Below, piece after piece: positions 63,709-64,000 of a stretch of 64,000 bases of DNA (positions are counted from its first letter, which is position 1; each line of letters begins with the position of its first letter). Under the pieces are notes generated by a model that saw nothing but the letters and a program-made list of their open reading frames with translations, was not told where the DNA came from and searched no databases. Position numbers and translations under genes: made by a program. Origin of the DNA: Anthoceros angustus (lineage: Eukaryota > Plantae > Anthocerotophyta); the NCBI GenBank assembly GCA_010909165.1, contig VJWM01000016.1, positions 682,001-746,000 of the forward strand, in the 5' to 3' direction.

Positions 63709-63925
63709 TTATCCGCGTTTGGTGGACCTTTCGTCAACCAGGGCCATGCGGCCCCTGGAGTAATCGAAAACCATAAGAAAGTTTCGTAGTATCCTCCCAC
63801 CGAGCATGCCAGCGCAGTACTGCGAGCATACAAACAATTTCTCCTTTTCATCAATGGCATAGGTCGTCACTTTTCTGAAAGTGTGGCCTGCCAACTCCAG
63901 AACCTCTACCTCTGCAACAGGGACC
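63709..63925 (-). CDS. Last exon of a retropepsin-like aspartyl protease domain protein (gene continues beyond the window)
   Basis: LELAGHTF...AGMLGGRILRNFLMVFDYSRGRMAL matches the G-LG-xxL..F.V.FDY C-terminal strand of clan AA proteases. AG acceptor near 63926. Confidence 0.65.
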
Positions 63926-64000
63926 TGCAAATCAACCCGGCAATTAGGGGCACGTGATCTGCAGATTCTGGATCCAAAGGCTAATACAAGGAGGAAATAT

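Overview
Eukaryotic nuclear DNA from a non-seed land plant. The short (~55-110 bp) introns, compact gene spacing and PPR genes suggest a Selaginella-like lycophyte or a bryophyte; this is inference. About 1-10.9 kb is transposon debris: a GC-rich rearranged element, a frameshifted Sola/DUF7869-like transposase, a gypsy integrase scrap and a CRE-like RT scrap. Recognisable genes follow: SEC14/CRAL-TRIO, a tail-anchored golgin-like coiled-coil protein, a His-rich protein, an intronless 805-aa dynamin-like GTPase, and a secreted fascin-like beta-trefoil protein with a pseudogenised tandem copy interrupted by a foldback insertion. After a MITE/pogo zone come a double-AAA ATPase, an AVT1 amino-acid transporter, SFT2, a GNAT acetyltransferase, MRE11 head-to-head with a PDM3-like PPR gene, and the 3' end of a retropepsin-like protease gene. 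The most interesting leads are the 21.9-41 kb block of genes atypical for seed plants (dynamin-like GTPase, microbial-type beta-trefoil, bacterial-type double AAA), a dispersed ~220-bp highly structured repeat with a conserved core (up to 6 copies), the foldback hairpin, and a microhomology-stitched DNA patchwork at 4.3-4.6 kb. All family assignments are from motif recognition, not database searches.
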